DNA of 62,357 nt, filler included, from Limisphaerales bacterium (GCA_044225505.1; 4 parts of 4 records of this genome joined end to end with filler, not necessarily neighbours in it); one strand, 5' to 3'; shown: positions 29,915 to 40,895, counted from the first letter of the whole stretch. A program made the numbers and translations. The notes: a model not told the origin generated them from the sequence alone.

Positions 29915-30332
29915 TCAGCGTGACAGCCGAAACACGAAACGCTCGCAAGCGGTCACCGCCAGCACACCCAGGGTATAGGCGCTCAAGTCGCACAGGTCAA
30001 AGCCACTACCCAGGACGAGATGCCCCACCGCAGCGTCGCGCCGCGTCCAGCCACGGCGCATGATAGAGTTGGCTCAACTCGACGGCAAAACACAGTCCCA
30101 GCGCCACTCCCCGACCGGGTTGTCCACCCGCGTTTGGAACGATCGCTCCCATCCACCATGCCACCATTGCTGCCCAAAGTGCATCCCCAACCCAATCGCG
30201 AGCGGCAGGTCTAAGTTGGGCACCATACCAATGGACTGTCAGCCCGATAACGATCGTCGCGAGAGCCAGCGTCACGTAGGCCACCCGGAGGCGTGCTCTC
30301 GTCCATTCGACAGAGGGAAACATTGCTGTCAT
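29915..30332 (-). pseudogene. DUF2809 family membrane protein, frameshifted
   Basis: GDALWAAMV, FAVELSQLYHAPWLDA, then a frame change (~30035) to GHLVLGSGFDLCDL..YTLG. Confidence 0.7.
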
Positions 30333-30639
30333 CGCCCCGTCACAATAACGCATCACCCAACGAAAAAGCATTCAAATGCGACCAGCCAGATACGGTCCTT
30401 GACGGAGTCGAGGCAGAAGCTGCGACCGTGGTGAAGCGAGCGTGGACCGCCCATCACTACACCGAGGAGAAACACGTAAGAAGAACCAAGAACGAGGCCG
30501 TAAACACGGTCGATCCGCAGCCGTTCTGGGCATGGACTCGCGAAGCAAGAACGAAGGCGAACCGACTTGAATTGAAACACTTGCTGCGTTCCGAGACCCA
30601 GAACTCCCAGGTCTCGGAGCCGCAAGGCAAATGCTAAAC

Positions 30640-31323
30640 TCACACTGTGCGCCGACGCCAAACTAACTGCATGCCGCCTAGCCCAAAGGCAGCCAGAAGC
30701 ACCGACAGGTTCCCCTTGTCCGGAACTGGGGACGGGTCGGGCTGGCCTCCCGTGATCTCTTTGGCAATGCCGAACTCGCCGACAGCGAAATCGACCGAAG
30801 ACGAAACGGTGATCTTCATGATGGAATCGCCGCCAGTGGCATAAAAGCCATAGTTAGCAGCTCCCGCTTGTCCATCCACAGTTTGTGTCACCTTCGTCCC
30901 GTCTTGCGCCTCCGCGGTGATATCGAAGAACTGGGTCGGATTTGGCTGGGCGAACAAGTAGAAAGCACCGGTTCCCGCAGGCAAAGTCAAGGTGACTTCG
31001 GTGTCTCCAGCGGTCCAGTAGACATCTCCATTATAGCCGTGACTCCATGTCGCCCAACTGGTTGGTACAAGCAAATGCAGCATCGGCGTCGAAAAGTCGA
31101 CCGTCCCGCCGAGGGGTGAGGCCACAGAATCGACAAATGTGACGTCAGGGGTTGGGTCTGGCCCAAAAGGCGTCATGGTGTAAGGCCCGAGCGTGGGTCC
31201 GGCAGCACTGGTGCCTCCGGCAACTCCGATAATCGCGGCATTAAGCTGTGCTGTCCCCATGCAAAATCCCACGGCAGCAAACAACTGTCCTGCTATTAAG
31301 AATTTTCGTGTAATCAATTTCAT
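30640..31323 (-). CDS. Secreted protein with VPDSG-type (PEP-CTERM variant) sorting signal
   Basis: Signal peptide; C-terminal VPDKGN + hydrophobic helix + RRR; AGAGGA RBS. Confidence 0.85.
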   Translation of the reverse strand: MKLITRKFLIAGQLFAAVGFCMGTAQLNAAIIGVAGGTSAAGPTLGPYTMTPFGPDPTPDVTFVDSVASPLGGTVDFSTPMLHLLVPTSWATWSHGYNGDVYWTAGDTEVTLTLPAGTGAFYLFAQPNPTQFFDITAEAQDGTKVTQTVDGQAGAANYGFYATGGDSIMKITVSSSVDFAVGEFGIAKEITGGQPDPSPVPDKGNLSVLLAAFGLGGMQLVWRRRTV

Positions 31324-31692
31324 TGTCCTCCTATTTGGATCATTTCCTGACCGACCTGAATGTCGCTACCGTCGAACTCGATTTTCCACCTAAGCCAGCG
31401 CGAACCTCGCCGATGCCCATAGCTCCCCGGCGTCAGCGCTTGTTCCTTAAAAGGTCAAGCCCATTCAACCCTCGGTTGATCCCAGGTTGAACGTGCACCA
31501 ACGGAAATAGGCCACCGCGATTCATGCGAATCGCGGCGCCCCCCCACCTCTTGGAGACCTCCCAGAAGATAGCGAACAACATCGAGTGTAAGAACTTTAC
31601 GACTCTGATAGGGTGAGATTTACGGGAAGCGGCACACGCCTTCCTAGGACACCCTACCGGCCATTGTCCTTGGCAACGGTAATTACGTAAAA

Positions 31693-31721
31693 ATACTAAT
31701 TACCAACTCCCCCACTGTCAA
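31693..31721 (-). promoter_or_regulatory. Sigma70 promoter TTGACA-N17-TAGTAT
   Basis: Consensus -35, 17-nt spacer, near-consensus -10; oriented toward ORF 30640-31323. Confidence 0.7.
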
Positions 31722-31847
31722 CCAAAATATCTTTCCTCCGCCCTTGATGCACTTCTCCGTTACCGCCCGTCCCGTGCCCCGGCTGTAAGCGTTCTAGAAC
31801 TTACGGTCTATTGTCGGTTTCGCCTCTAGCGGCCACTCTCCTGGCCA

Positions 31848-32186
31848 ATGAACAGTGAAGCTCGCCTCGTTTGTACAAATTTCCGTGTTAAAATCGCATG
31901 GCCCGACTACGAGCGGCTTTGCGTAGAAGTCGCGGAACAGATCGCCGCGATTCCTGGTTTGATATGGAAAGCATGGGTCGTGAATGAAACCCGCCAAGAA
32001 GGGGGTGGGATTTACCTTTTTGACAGTGAAGAGACGGCCGCCAACTTTCTGCAAGGGCCGATTATCGCTCATCTTGAAAACCATCCCGCGTTCGAAGACG
32101 TGCGAATTAAATCGCTCTCGCTTCTCGCCGAGCCCAGCCGCCTCACATACTTCGATGCCATACAGCCCAAACTCTCGCGTCCCTAA
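31848..32186 (+). CDS. YdhR-family putative monooxygenase
   Basis: IPGLIWKAWVVNE…GGGIYLFDSEE. Confidence 0.85.
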   Translation: MNSEARLVCTNFRVKIAWPDYERLCVEVAEQIAAIPGLIWKAWVVNETRQEGGGIYLFDSEETAANFLQGPIIAHLENHPAFEDVRIKSLSLLAEPSRLTYFDAIQPKLSRP

Positions 32187-32552
32187 TCGGCCGTTTTCTG
32201 AGTTGAGGGGACGCGGTGCGTCCCCTCTTCCCCCCCGCTTGGCGCAACGCCGAGTCGAGCGAGCAATTTCTCGCGTCCGGAAATCAGGCGCCAGATGAGT
32301 TCAAACCCACAATGAAGAGCGCCGAGGCTTCAGCCCCGCGCCTCATCAACGGTATTTTGACGCCGCGAGGTCTATCACTGATGATTCAGACGTTTGTCGC
32401 AAAAGCAGGTGCCGGCGATTCTGAGTTCTTGCGGTTTCCCTCGCGATACAAGTGAACGTCTCACATCGTCACAACAGAAGTCGATCCAACCGCCCAACCG
32501 CCCTGCTCCCAACGGTGAGCCACGCCCGCCTCTTCATCATCATCGGCTAAAA

Positions 32553-34790
32553 TCAAGCGTTGAGCTTGTGCCTGCGGATTGGAAGGTCTCGAATCCGCCT
32601 ACCGGTTGCGGCGAAGATTGCGTTGCACAGGGCGGGCGCCATCGGCGGCACGCCGGGCTCACCAACCCCTGCAGGAGGTTCGTTGCTCGAGACAAGGTGC
32701 ACATGAGTTTCAATTGGCGCTTCGTGAATCCTGGCAATGCGGTAATCATCAAAATTCGATTCCACAATCGCGCCGTTCGCTGCTGTGATCTCCCCGAATA
32801 GAGCGAGGCTGGCGCCGAAAACAGATGCCCCCTCAAACTGCGATTTTACTCGATCCGGGTTAATCACCGTCCCGACGTCGGCAGCAATATCGACGCGCGG
32901 GATGCGAATTTTACCGGCATCATCCACCTCGACTTCCACAACCGCCGCCACGTAGCTGTAGAAACTCCAGTGCGCCGCAATTCCTAGCGCCCGGCCTTTG
33001 ATCGCCGGCTTCTTGGCCCATTCGGATTTTTCCGCGGCGAGTTCGATCACACGGCGAAATCGTCCGGTATTGAGGGGGAACTTTTCGGCATTCGGGCCGC
33101 GCTCTCCGAGATCGATCTGGCGGGAGGGACCCAAAAGTTCGAGCAAATACTCGACCCGATCGCGGTTTTCTAGAGCGGCCAATTCATCAGCAAACGAGTG
33201 GATCGCGAAGGCGTGATAGATATTTGAGACCGACCGGAGCCAACCGATCCGAACATGGGCCTGGGCAGGCCCATTTTCCGCACGGTGGTTAGGGATAGCA
33301 AACGGCAAATTACTCCATCCCATCCCCAATTCGAAAGGTTGCCCAGCGCTGGTCGAAGGATCGAACATAGCGCCGATGGAAGGGAATGCGCTCCGTTGCA
33401 GCCAGGCAGTTGGCTTCCCCTGAGCGTCTAAAGCCGCTTTCAGGTACATAGCCGCCACCGCGTGGTAATAATCAAAGCGGATATCCTCTTCCCGGCTCCA
33501 GGTGACTTTGACTGGCTTGCCTACCGCTCTTGAAAGCAAAGCCGCCTCGGCGACATAATCGGGCTTGGACTTACGCCCAAATCCCCCTCCCAATAAAGTG
33601 ACGTGACATTCGACGTTATTCCGATCAATCCCAAGCGCTGCAGCGACAGTCTCCTGGACTGCTTGTGGATTTTGCGTCGCGGCGTAGATGCGTGCCTTCC
33701 CATTTCGAACTTCAGCAACCGCCGCAGGCGGCTCCATGGGGGCATGGGAAAGATGCGGCACATAATATTCAGCTTCGAAAGTCTTCCGGGCCTTCGCGAA
33801 TTCTGCGTCGACATCACCAATCGTGCGAGCGGCTTTTTGCGGTTGCCTAACGGTTTTAAGTAACTCCTGCTTGTAACGAGTCGAATCGTAAGATGCGTTT
33901 TCGCCAGGCCCCCATTCCACCTTGAGCTTCGCGCGGCCTTGCTGGGCTGCCCAGGTGCTGTTAGCGATCACAGCGATGCCCCCCAGCGGCTTGAACCCAT
34001 AGGGAGGCTCCAGAGGTGGGAGAACGACAATCTGTTGCACGCCATTGACCGCACGTGCATCTTGAGCGTCGTAGCTTTTCAGTGTGCCTCCAAATACGGG
34101 CGATCGTTCGATCGCGGCATGCACCATCCCTGGCATCGTAGCATCAATACCAAAAACGCCTTTCCCAGAACAAAGATCCGCGACATCGATCGTCGGCAAA
34201 GCCTTGCCCACGTAGCGGTAATCAGCTGGAGATTTGAACTTGAGTTCTTCCGGCTTCGGCGCCGACAACTTGGCGGCATCAGCAGCCAGCTCACCATAAT
34301 CGAGTCTGCGCCCCCCGGAATGGACAACCTGGTGATTCAGCGCCTTGCACTCGCTGACAGGCACCCCCCATTTCGCCGCGGCGGCGCGTTCGAGCAGCGT
34401 GCGAGCCGACGCGCCCACCTGGCGCATGATATCGTAGAAATCCCGGATAGAGCACGAGCCGTCGGTGTTCTGACTCCCATACTTCGAGTCGCCAACGGCT
34501 TGCTCGATCTTGACCCGGTTCCAGTCCACCTCCAATTCTTCGGCTAGAACTTGAGGCAGAACGGAGCGAATGCCCGTGCCCATTTCGGAGCGATGAGTCA
34601 CTAGAATCACCGTTCCATCCCTCTCGATGCCCAGATAGACACTCGGCGACCAGGTCGCGCTTTCTGCTGGAGGAACGACATCGGCGGCGCGAGCCCCCGG
34701 AAGCGTAAATCGGGCCGCAATTACAAACGCGCCAGACGTAACGAGGTTGCCCAGAAAGGCCCGCCGGGTCAGCACTTCGATGTGGCTCAC
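32553..34790 (-). CDS. Xanthine dehydrogenase-family molybdopterin-binding subunit (isoquinoline 1-oxidoreductase beta-like), Tat signal
   Basis: [58 protein letters not shown]. Confidence 0.92.
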   Translation of the reverse strand: MSHIEVLTRRAFLGNLVTSGAFVIAARFTLPGARAADVVPPAESATWSPSVYLGIERDGTVILVTHRSEMGTGIRSVLPQVLAEELEVDWNRVKIEQAVGDSKYGSQNTDGSCSIRDFYDIMRQVGASARTLLERAAAAKWGVPVSECKALNHQVVHSGGRRLDYGELAADAAKLSAPKPEELKFKSPADYRYVGKALPTIDVADLCSGKGVFGIDATMPGMVHAAIERSPVFGGTLKSYDAQDARAVNGVQQIVVLPPLEPPYGFKPLGGIAVIANSTWAAQQGRAKLKVEWGPGENASYDSTRYKQELLKTVRQPQKAARTIGDVDAEFAKARKTFEAEYYVPHLSHAPMEPPAAVAEVRNGKARIYAATQNPQAVQETVAAALGIDRNNVECHVTLLGGGFGRKSKPDYVAEAALLSRAVGKPVKVTWSREEDIRFDYYHAVAAMYLKAALDAQGKPTAWLQRSAFPSIGAMFDPSTSAGQPFELGMGWSNLPFAIPNHRAENGPAQAHVRIGWLRSVSNIYHAFAIHSFADELAALENRDRVEYLLELLGPSRQIDLGERGPNAEKFPLNTGRFRRVIELAAEKSEWAKKPAIKGRALGIAAHWSFYSYVAAVVEVEVDDAGKIRIPRVDIAADVGTVINPDRVKSQFEGASVFGASLALFGEITAANGAIVESNFDDYRIARIHEAPIETHVHLVSSNEPPAGVGEPGVPPMAPALCNAIFAATGRRIRDLPIRRHKLNA

Positions 34791-35257
34791 GGCTTCACCT
34801 CCGGAGACAGCTGGCGGGCAGCAGCTTTAATCGCGTGGCGAATGCGCTGATACGTGCCACAGCGGCAGAGGTTCGACTTCATTGTCGCGTCAATTTCGCT
34901 GTCCGACGGATTGGGGTTGTCTTTCAGAAAGGCAGCAGCGCGCATGATCTGTCCGCTCTGACAGTAGCCGCACTGTGGGACATTGGCGTGAATCCACGCT
35001 TGTTGCACCGGATGTGATCCCGTCGCGCTCAACCCTTCGATTGTTGTGACATCTTTCTCGGCGACCAACTGCATCGAACTTTGGCAACTTCGAACAGCCT
35101 TGCCGTTGAGATGCACTGTGCAAGCTCCGCAGAATCCTTCACCGCACCCGAACTTAGTTCCAGTCAGTTTGATTTCATCCCGCAAGAACCACAACAGCGG
35201 CATTTCGGGATCGCCATCGAACTGGCGACGTACGCCATTAACATTCAGGAAGATCAT
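34787..35257 (-). CDS. (2Fe-2S)-binding small subunit (IorA-like)
   Basis: [32 protein letters not shown]. Confidence 0.93.
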   Translation of the reverse strand: MIFLNVNGVRRQFDGDPEMPLLWFLRDEIKLTGTKFGCGEGFCGACTVHLNGKAVRSCQSSMQLVAEKDVTTIEGLSATGSHPVQQAWIHANVPQCGYCQSGQIMRAAAFLKDNPNPSDSEIDATMKSNLCRCGTYQRIRHAIKAAARQLSPEVKP

Positions 35258-35550
35258 GGAATAGCTGGTTGAACAGACACTGGGACGCTGCCATGGCATT
35301 GGCAAGCCGGAATTAATACAGGGGCCATGCTCCGACCGGTATCTGGACGATCGTCACGCGCCGGTTAATCGGATAGCCTGTGCAGCGTCATTCTCGACAC
35401 CGCCAGGATCTCCGCGTCGAGTCTCTCTTCAGGGCTTGCATCTCGGGGATAGGGTGTGGCATTGTAATGAGGTGTTGCGGTGGCGGGTCCCGCGCCTGGA
35501 CTGTTTCTTGGGTCTGGATTGGCGAAGATACGTCATTGCAGCGATGGGTC

Positions 35551-35626
<76 letters not shown>

Positions 35627-35740
35627 TCCTCTCCCCTTGCCTCGAAGAACTGGAAGTCAAGATCCCGGCGATATTTGTTCCGTTTCCATCAACCAATCGC
35701 TCTCTGCTTTTGGCGCCGTGTCAGCGAGCCGAGCTAGGTT

Positions 35741-36910
35741 TTACCTTTCGGCACTTTTGAGTTGTTCTCCAACGGAGTTCCATCGGCCGGCAATATTCGC
35801 TCGGAGCTTGGCCGCGTGTCGGGCGGCGTCCTTTCGATACGGCTTGATCAGGGTAACCAACTCGTCCAAGCGCTTCTGTAAAGGACGCACTTGCAGCACG
35901 TCTCGATGAAGCTGGGTAAGACGTTCCAAATACAATTGCTGCCCTTGCGGTGTATTCATAACCGCATTAGCCACCAATCCCTGGAGAGGAGGGAAAATTG
36001 AGCCGTTCGGTTCCCAAAACATCTGATCCAGTCCGTGAGGAATAAAGACGAGTTTTCCCGTGGTTGGATCGTGGTAAACTCGGTAGTTGTTCCGCGACAT
36101 CGGATAACCGTCCCAATTCCACATGAGGGTACTCATCGCGAGCAACGTAACAAATCGATCGGTATCCAGAACCTTCTGCAATCGTTCCCAACGCCGCTTG
36201 GGATCTGATTCTCGCGCCGCTCGCAGTAAAGCGATTCGGTCGCTTTGATCATCCAGGCCGCGACCTCCAATCCGTTCCAGGGAATGATTGATATCCTGCC
36301 GGAATCCACCATCGTAAAGATTGCCGGAAGTATCCGAAAAAAACTGCCCGAGAAATTCCTTGGTAAGACCTTCTTTGATAACGTAGAGCCCAAGTGCACG
36401 GCCATTGAGCGAAACGACCGCGTGGGCGGACCGCGCGGCAGGAAGTCCTGCTTTTCGGCAAAGCTCGCTGCAGAGGATTTCCATGAGGAAACTAGGATCC
36501 TCGGCGCTGTTGTTCAGGTGGATTTTACGCAATCCGTGAAACTTCCGACCCTCCACAAATCGGTTGAAGCTCAAGGTCAGTGCTGGTCGTTCGTCGATCG
36601 ATTGCAGACTGCCTTGTGAGCCTTTGATATGTACCGCGACGTCGGAGTAGACCGTCCCTGCAAACTCGACGGTAGCTTTTGTCCAGTCCCGCGGATGGCG
36701 CCGAAGCGCTTCGAGCGCATCCTTCTCGATCTCTACGCTCAAGGCCAGGACATTGGTGCCAGCAAAAAGATCCGCTGGGGTGCTCGAAGACTGGCTCGAG
36801 ACCTGATTGCCAGCGGATGTGGGTTCAGGCGGAGCAGACTTCTTCACCGCCGCCAGCGCAACTAGCAAAAGGCCGACACCCACCAGAAGTGCTCGTTTTG
36901 CCCAGACCAT
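35741..36910 (-). CDS. CotH-family kinase, exported
   Basis: VAVHIKGS, KIHLNN..EDPSF, LGLYVIKE, GNLYDG, NWDGY…NNYRVY, FIPHGLDQMF; N-terminal signal/TM. Confidence 0.88.
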   Translation of the reverse strand: MVWAKRALLVGVGLLLVALAAVKKSAPPEPTSAGNQVSSQSSSTPADLFAGTNVLALSVEIEKDALEALRRHPRDWTKATVEFAGTVYSDVAVHIKGSQGSLQSIDERPALTLSFNRFVEGRKFHGLRKIHLNNSAEDPSFLMEILCSELCRKAGLPAARSAHAVVSLNGRALGLYVIKEGLTKEFLGQFFSDTSGNLYDGGFRQDINHSLERIGGRGLDDQSDRIALLRAARESDPKRRWERLQKVLDTDRFVTLLAMSTLMWNWDGYPMSRNNYRVYHDPTTGKLVFIPHGLDQMFWEPNGSIFPPLQGLVANAVMNTPQGQQLYLERLTQLHRDVLQVRPLQKRLDELVTLIKPYRKDAARHAAKLRANIAGRWNSVGEQLKSAER

Positions 36911-37048
36911 ACAAAGTGCGCAGGGAAACTAGCCCGCTCGGAAGCTTTCCGCGACAGGAATCCAAAAAGAAAATCGAGGACATCTCGGATTGACTGCAAT
37001 TCCCAACCCGAGCGAGTCGCGAGTTGGGGCGTCACCCCCACGCCGGAC

Positions 37049-38026
37049 CTACGGAGCGCGAAGACGATAGAAGCGGGAAGGCGCCGTAACAAACGAGTCG
37101 CGAAAATCCAGAATCCCTCCTGCGGGAATAGAAACGTCGAGCACAGTTTCCCAATCGACGAGGTTGGGAGATGCTTCGATTTTATAAGAGAGTCCAGGTT
37201 CTCCGTAGATTCGAGCGCGATAACCGCCTAGCGCCGGCGAACCAAGCGACTCCAATCGAGGAGCGATGGAACCGGTAAGTTCCTCGGTAATGGAATACTC
37301 GTCAAAAACCATATAGTTGTCCCCAGGAAATTGGGGGTTCCGCATGGACCAAACCGCGTCCACGTCTCCCAGACTTAATGAACTTCCCAGGGTGGTGATC
37401 GGTTGCGAATGAGCGACGACCTCGTCGTTCAGCGTCGCGGACCAAAGGTTACGGGCAAAGTTCATTGAAATCTCTAGATCGTAATACCCGCGCGTATCAA
37501 ACTTTGCACCGGTCGATACAAAGCCACGCTCGTCATCCAAAAGGTAAGAAACCAGCAGCGCTTGGTTATCAAAGTCGAGGCTGAACAATCGGGTTCCATT
37601 CGTGTTATAAACGCTCCAACGGAAATCATCCCAAGGACCGCGGGAAGATGTCGAATCCACGATTTGCATCATGACAGAGAATTTCACAACCGCCTGACGA
37701 CGGGCAATCCGGGCAAGCTGCACTGGTCGGTAGACATTGTGGAATTCCCTTTGAGCGCCGGACGAAGCAACGAATCCGATGTAAGCCTGCTGACCGTAGC
37801 CAGGAAAGAATTCAGTCACCACTCCGTCTCCTCCTGATCCGATCCATTGCTCTTGCCCGGTCAAGCTCAATGCTGCACCATAGCCCTCATCTGCTTCAAA
37901 GCCCGTTGAGTACAATAAGAACTGCCCCTGTGCCACCGCGGATAGATTCACCACCATCAGGACCAAGGCCAACTCTGCCAGCCTCAGCCCCGATCCACTG
38001 GCCTCGAGTCGCGTTGGATTATTCAT
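37049..38026 (-). CDS. Secreted hypothetical protein with C-terminal 'IEAS.NL.DW…RFYR' module
   Basis: Signal peptide; LYSTGFE…FDEYSI lectin-like body; C-terminal YKIEASPNLVDW…SRFYRLRAP. Confidence 0.8.
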   Translation of the reverse strand: MNNPTRLEASGSGLRLAELALVLMVVNLSAVAQGQFLLYSTGFEADEGYGAALSLTGQEQWIGSGGDGVVTEFFPGYGQQAYIGFVASSGAQREFHNVYRPVQLARIARRQAVVKFSVMMQIVDSTSSRGPWDDFRWSVYNTNGTRLFSLDFDNQALLVSYLLDDERGFVSTGAKFDTRGYYDLEISMNFARNLWSATLNDEVVAHSQPITTLGSSLSLGDVDAVWSMRNPQFPGDNYMVFDEYSITEELTGSIAPRLESLGSPALGGYRARIYGEPGLSYKIEASPNLVDWETVLDVSIPAGGILDFRDSFVTAPSRFYRLRAP

Positions 38027-38058
38027 GCCGAGCTAAACGCGAGAAGTTCGGAGACCTC

Positions 38059-40359
38059 CTAGTCACGCCGATTACCCGACCGGCTTGTCTGATTTGGAGT
38101 TGGAGCAGCCTGAGGTGTAGAACGGGAAGCGGGTACCGAGTACGATGGACTGGACTGCGCCGGACGTGATTGCACCGCTGGTGCTGAGTAGGACGGGGCC
38201 GGACGCGACGGTGCTGCTGGAGGCGTGTAGCTCGGCACCGGACGCGATTGCACCGCTGGCGCTGAATAGTTCCGGACGGGCCCCGGATTGTAGGACGGAG
38301 CCGGTCTTGACTGGACCGCAGGACTCGAGTAGTTCGGAACAGACCGAGACTCAAATGCTGGGACCGTCGCCCTCGGAGTTGTGGCCGTCCGCGGACCAGA
38401 ATAGGCCGGCGCACTTGGCTGAGAGACTTCCGGCGGCGCACTATACGAGTTCATCCGCTCCGGCGCAACGGATGTTGCAGGCTTCGGACGTTCTTGACGA
38501 TAAGTCGGCAAAGCCGGTCCCGAAGCCTGAGGCACTGCAGCCCCCGAGTTCTGCACGGCAGGAAGACTGCCTGCCCCCGGTGAGGTGGGGCGGTCCCAAC
38601 TCGGCCGGTTAATAGGTGCCGGTCGGTAGCCTTGCGGAGCCGCCACCGCCGGTGCCTGCGCGCTTGGTGCAACCTCTAAACGAGGCGCGACACTCGGTGT
38701 CGCAGTGGCTGCGTTTACGGAACCGTTCCGCACGGGCTGAGGTGTTGCTGCTGACGACGGGACGATACCCTGCGATCGTGTCGGCGCCACTCCATTCTGA
38801 GTGGACGTCGGAACGCTGTTGTTGCTCGCCTCGCTACCAAGTGCGCGATAGGGCCGTGCACTGTTCGGATTAGCAGGCTGCACATTGCCGGAACGCACTG
38901 TGGGGGTCGGAATCGCCGCTGGTCGCTCTGCCAGCCCTGAACCTATGCCCGTCGATCCAGGACGTGCGCCAGGTTGTGAACGGACGGGACGACTGCCATC
39001 TGAATTCGGGGCATGTAGATTCTGCTGCTCCGTGGGCATAGGTTTGGGACGATAAACCACAACCTGAGAGCCATCTTGATGAAGACGGTCCGGCCGCACT
39101 GAGCGTGAGCCACGATCGGGCACATCGCGAATGGCAATAGGACGGGCCTCGGATCTCCCCAAAGAAGGTACCCGATCCGGACCGACCCCTCGATTTATTA
39201 TCACGTTGTTGTTCACCACATAGTTATTCACAACGCGACTCTGTCTATACACGTTGGCGTGATCCCTCAACTCGACGCGGTGCCTCCAGATTTCACGATC
39301 GTGAAATCGATGGCCAGGAACAAAAGTCCAAGCGTCCCGGTGCAGCCCGAAACCGAAACTCACGCCAACCGCCGCTCCATAATACGTGAAACCAACCCCA
39401 GCCCGATAGTGCGAGCCCGGCGGCAAAGGAGCCCAGCCACAATGGGAATCTGTGTAGCGCCACGACACCCATGCCGGAGCCCAAACGGAATCGGGACGCC
39501 AGCACCAACCTCGGACCGGGTGATTGAACCAGCGGCCATAGTGAAACGGTGCCCAACCCCAGGAATAATCAGACTGCCAATACCAGCCGCAGTCGGTGCT
39601 AAGCCACCGCCCTCGATCACAATACGGACGCCAACCCCGATGCACCACCGCCACGGTGGGTTGCCAGCACATTCCGTAATCCGACACCTCGACCCAAGAA
39701 CCATATGGCGTGAGGGAAGAGTAAAAGTAATCATACTCCACCGCCGGCGCAGGGGTAACATACTGAACTACGGGCGGTGAGCTATACACGACTTGCGGTT
39801 CCGGATTGTACGTAGCCTCGGCAGGCGGCTGCGTCGTGGCCGGTGGCATTCCAGCTGGCGCCTGCGACTGGGCTGGCTGCCGCGCCACTGGAGGCGGATC
39901 AGCGCGATGATTCACCAGGGCCGTAATAATTACATCCGAAATACCCAAATCGGTCAGGTAAACAATCTCTTCGGGTGTTGGCCTGAATGGCGCCTGGGAG
40001 TTCTGAATAAAGGCCAGAATGACGTCATCACCTACTCCCGACTGAGCTAGTTTCACGACTTCTTGAAGCCGACTTGAGAGTTCAACCGGTTTAATTGGAA
40101 TTTCCCCAGCTTCAAGTTCGGCAGGCGCGACCACGGCACTCTCGAAATTGGTCGAGATGACCGTCGCCCCAGCATCATTCGTTATCGGAGCCGGATTTAC
40201 GACCGTCACCAAATCAGGCTGAGCAACATTTGCCACAGCCGGATACACCGGTGGAGATTGCTCCCCGGCCGTGGTCGAGGGAGCCTCACATCCCAGCAGG
40301 ACGACTGCCGTAGCCATTACGGCACAAATCTTCGCTTGGGCTAGAGGGGAAAGCTTCAT
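38059..40359 (-). CDS. DUF6600-like lipoprotein with long Pro/Ser-rich tail
   Basis: LLGC lipobox; FYSSLTPYGSWV…WRPY..GRW…WYWQSDYSWGWAPFHYGRW…WAPAWVSW…GWAPLPP. Confidence 0.82.
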   Translation of the reverse strand: MKLSPLAQAKICAVMATAVVLLGCEAPSTTAGEQSPPVYPAVANVAQPDLVTVVNPAPITNDAGATVISTNFESAVVAPAELEAGEIPIKPVELSSRLQEVVKLAQSGVGDDVILAFIQNSQAPFRPTPEEIVYLTDLGISDVIITALVNHRADPPPVARQPAQSQAPAGMPPATTQPPAEATYNPEPQVVYSSPPVVQYVTPAPAVEYDYFYSSLTPYGSWVEVSDYGMCWQPTVAVVHRGWRPYCDRGRWLSTDCGWYWQSDYSWGWAPFHYGRWFNHPVRGWCWRPDSVWAPAWVSWRYTDSHCGWAPLPPGSHYRAGVGFTYYGAAVGVSFGFGLHRDAWTFVPGHRFHDREIWRHRVELRDHANVYRQSRVVNNYVVNNNVIINRGVGPDRVPSLGRSEARPIAIRDVPDRGSRSVRPDRLHQDGSQVVVYRPKPMPTEQQNLHAPNSDGSRPVRSQPGARPGSTGIGSGLAERPAAIPTPTVRSGNVQPANPNSARPYRALGSEASNNSVPTSTQNGVAPTRSQGIVPSSAATPQPVRNGSVNAATATPSVAPRLEVAPSAQAPAVAAPQGYRPAPINRPSWDRPTSPGAGSLPAVQNSGAAVPQASGPALPTYRQERPKPATSVAPERMNSYSAPPEVSQPSAPAYSGPRTATTPRATVPAFESRSVPNYSSPAVQSRPAPSYNPGPVRNYSAPAVQSRPVPSYTPPAAPSRPAPSYSAPAVQSRPAQSSPSYSVPASRSTPQAAPTPNQTSRSGNRRD
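38130..38350 (-). repeat. Imperfect coding tandem repeats (YSAPAVQSRPxPS)
   Basis: YSSPAVQSRPAPSY, YSAPAVQSRPVPSY, YSAPAVQSRPAQS; DNA copies GATTGCACCGCTGG at ~38167 and ~38247. Confidence 0.8.
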
Positions 40360-40895
40360 AAATATTCTTAATTCAAGGTACTGGATGCTTGGCCGCTGTC
40401 AAAGCAACTTCAACCGCTCGCAGCCCGGTCTCCCGGGGCTTAGTATGCCGCCGACAAGGCGGGAACTTCTGCGACGCGGAGGAACTGGTGGTTGAATGAG
40501 TTCATCGGATCCAGGCCGTTAGTCCTCGAATTGGTTCACAGGGATTGACTGGTCACGCAGGAGAGTTATTCAAGAGACGAACACGGCATCATTTCATCTA
40601 CAACCAATTACTCTCAAGAATCTTACATCAAATCCGTCGTTAAGCTCAGTCCGATTCCGCAAGCCGACACCGGTCAATAAACACATTTTCAGGCTAAGAA
40701 TTACCAACGACCAGCGGACCGCTGAGCCATGGGCGAGCCAACCACCTTAAGGCTGGATACATCTGCCGGCGCCGAATGCCTGCGCGAAAGTCCTCATCAG
40801 CGCAGCGGACTTCCGCCGATATTGTTAACGTCCTTCCCCCTCGAAAAAGGTTGCGCTCGGTTTTTCCGTCCCGCACCTTATCTGTCGCAAGTTAC

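Noticed and set aside
32296..32310. TGAGTTCAAA match to the tRNA-Pro T-arm as a possible attR
   Set aside because: Only 10 nt match, the tRNA 3' end is not duplicated, and there is no integrase.
38130..38350. Repeated ~30-nt units as a CRISPR array
   Set aside because: Imperfect, in-frame coding repeats with no unique spacers and no cas genes.
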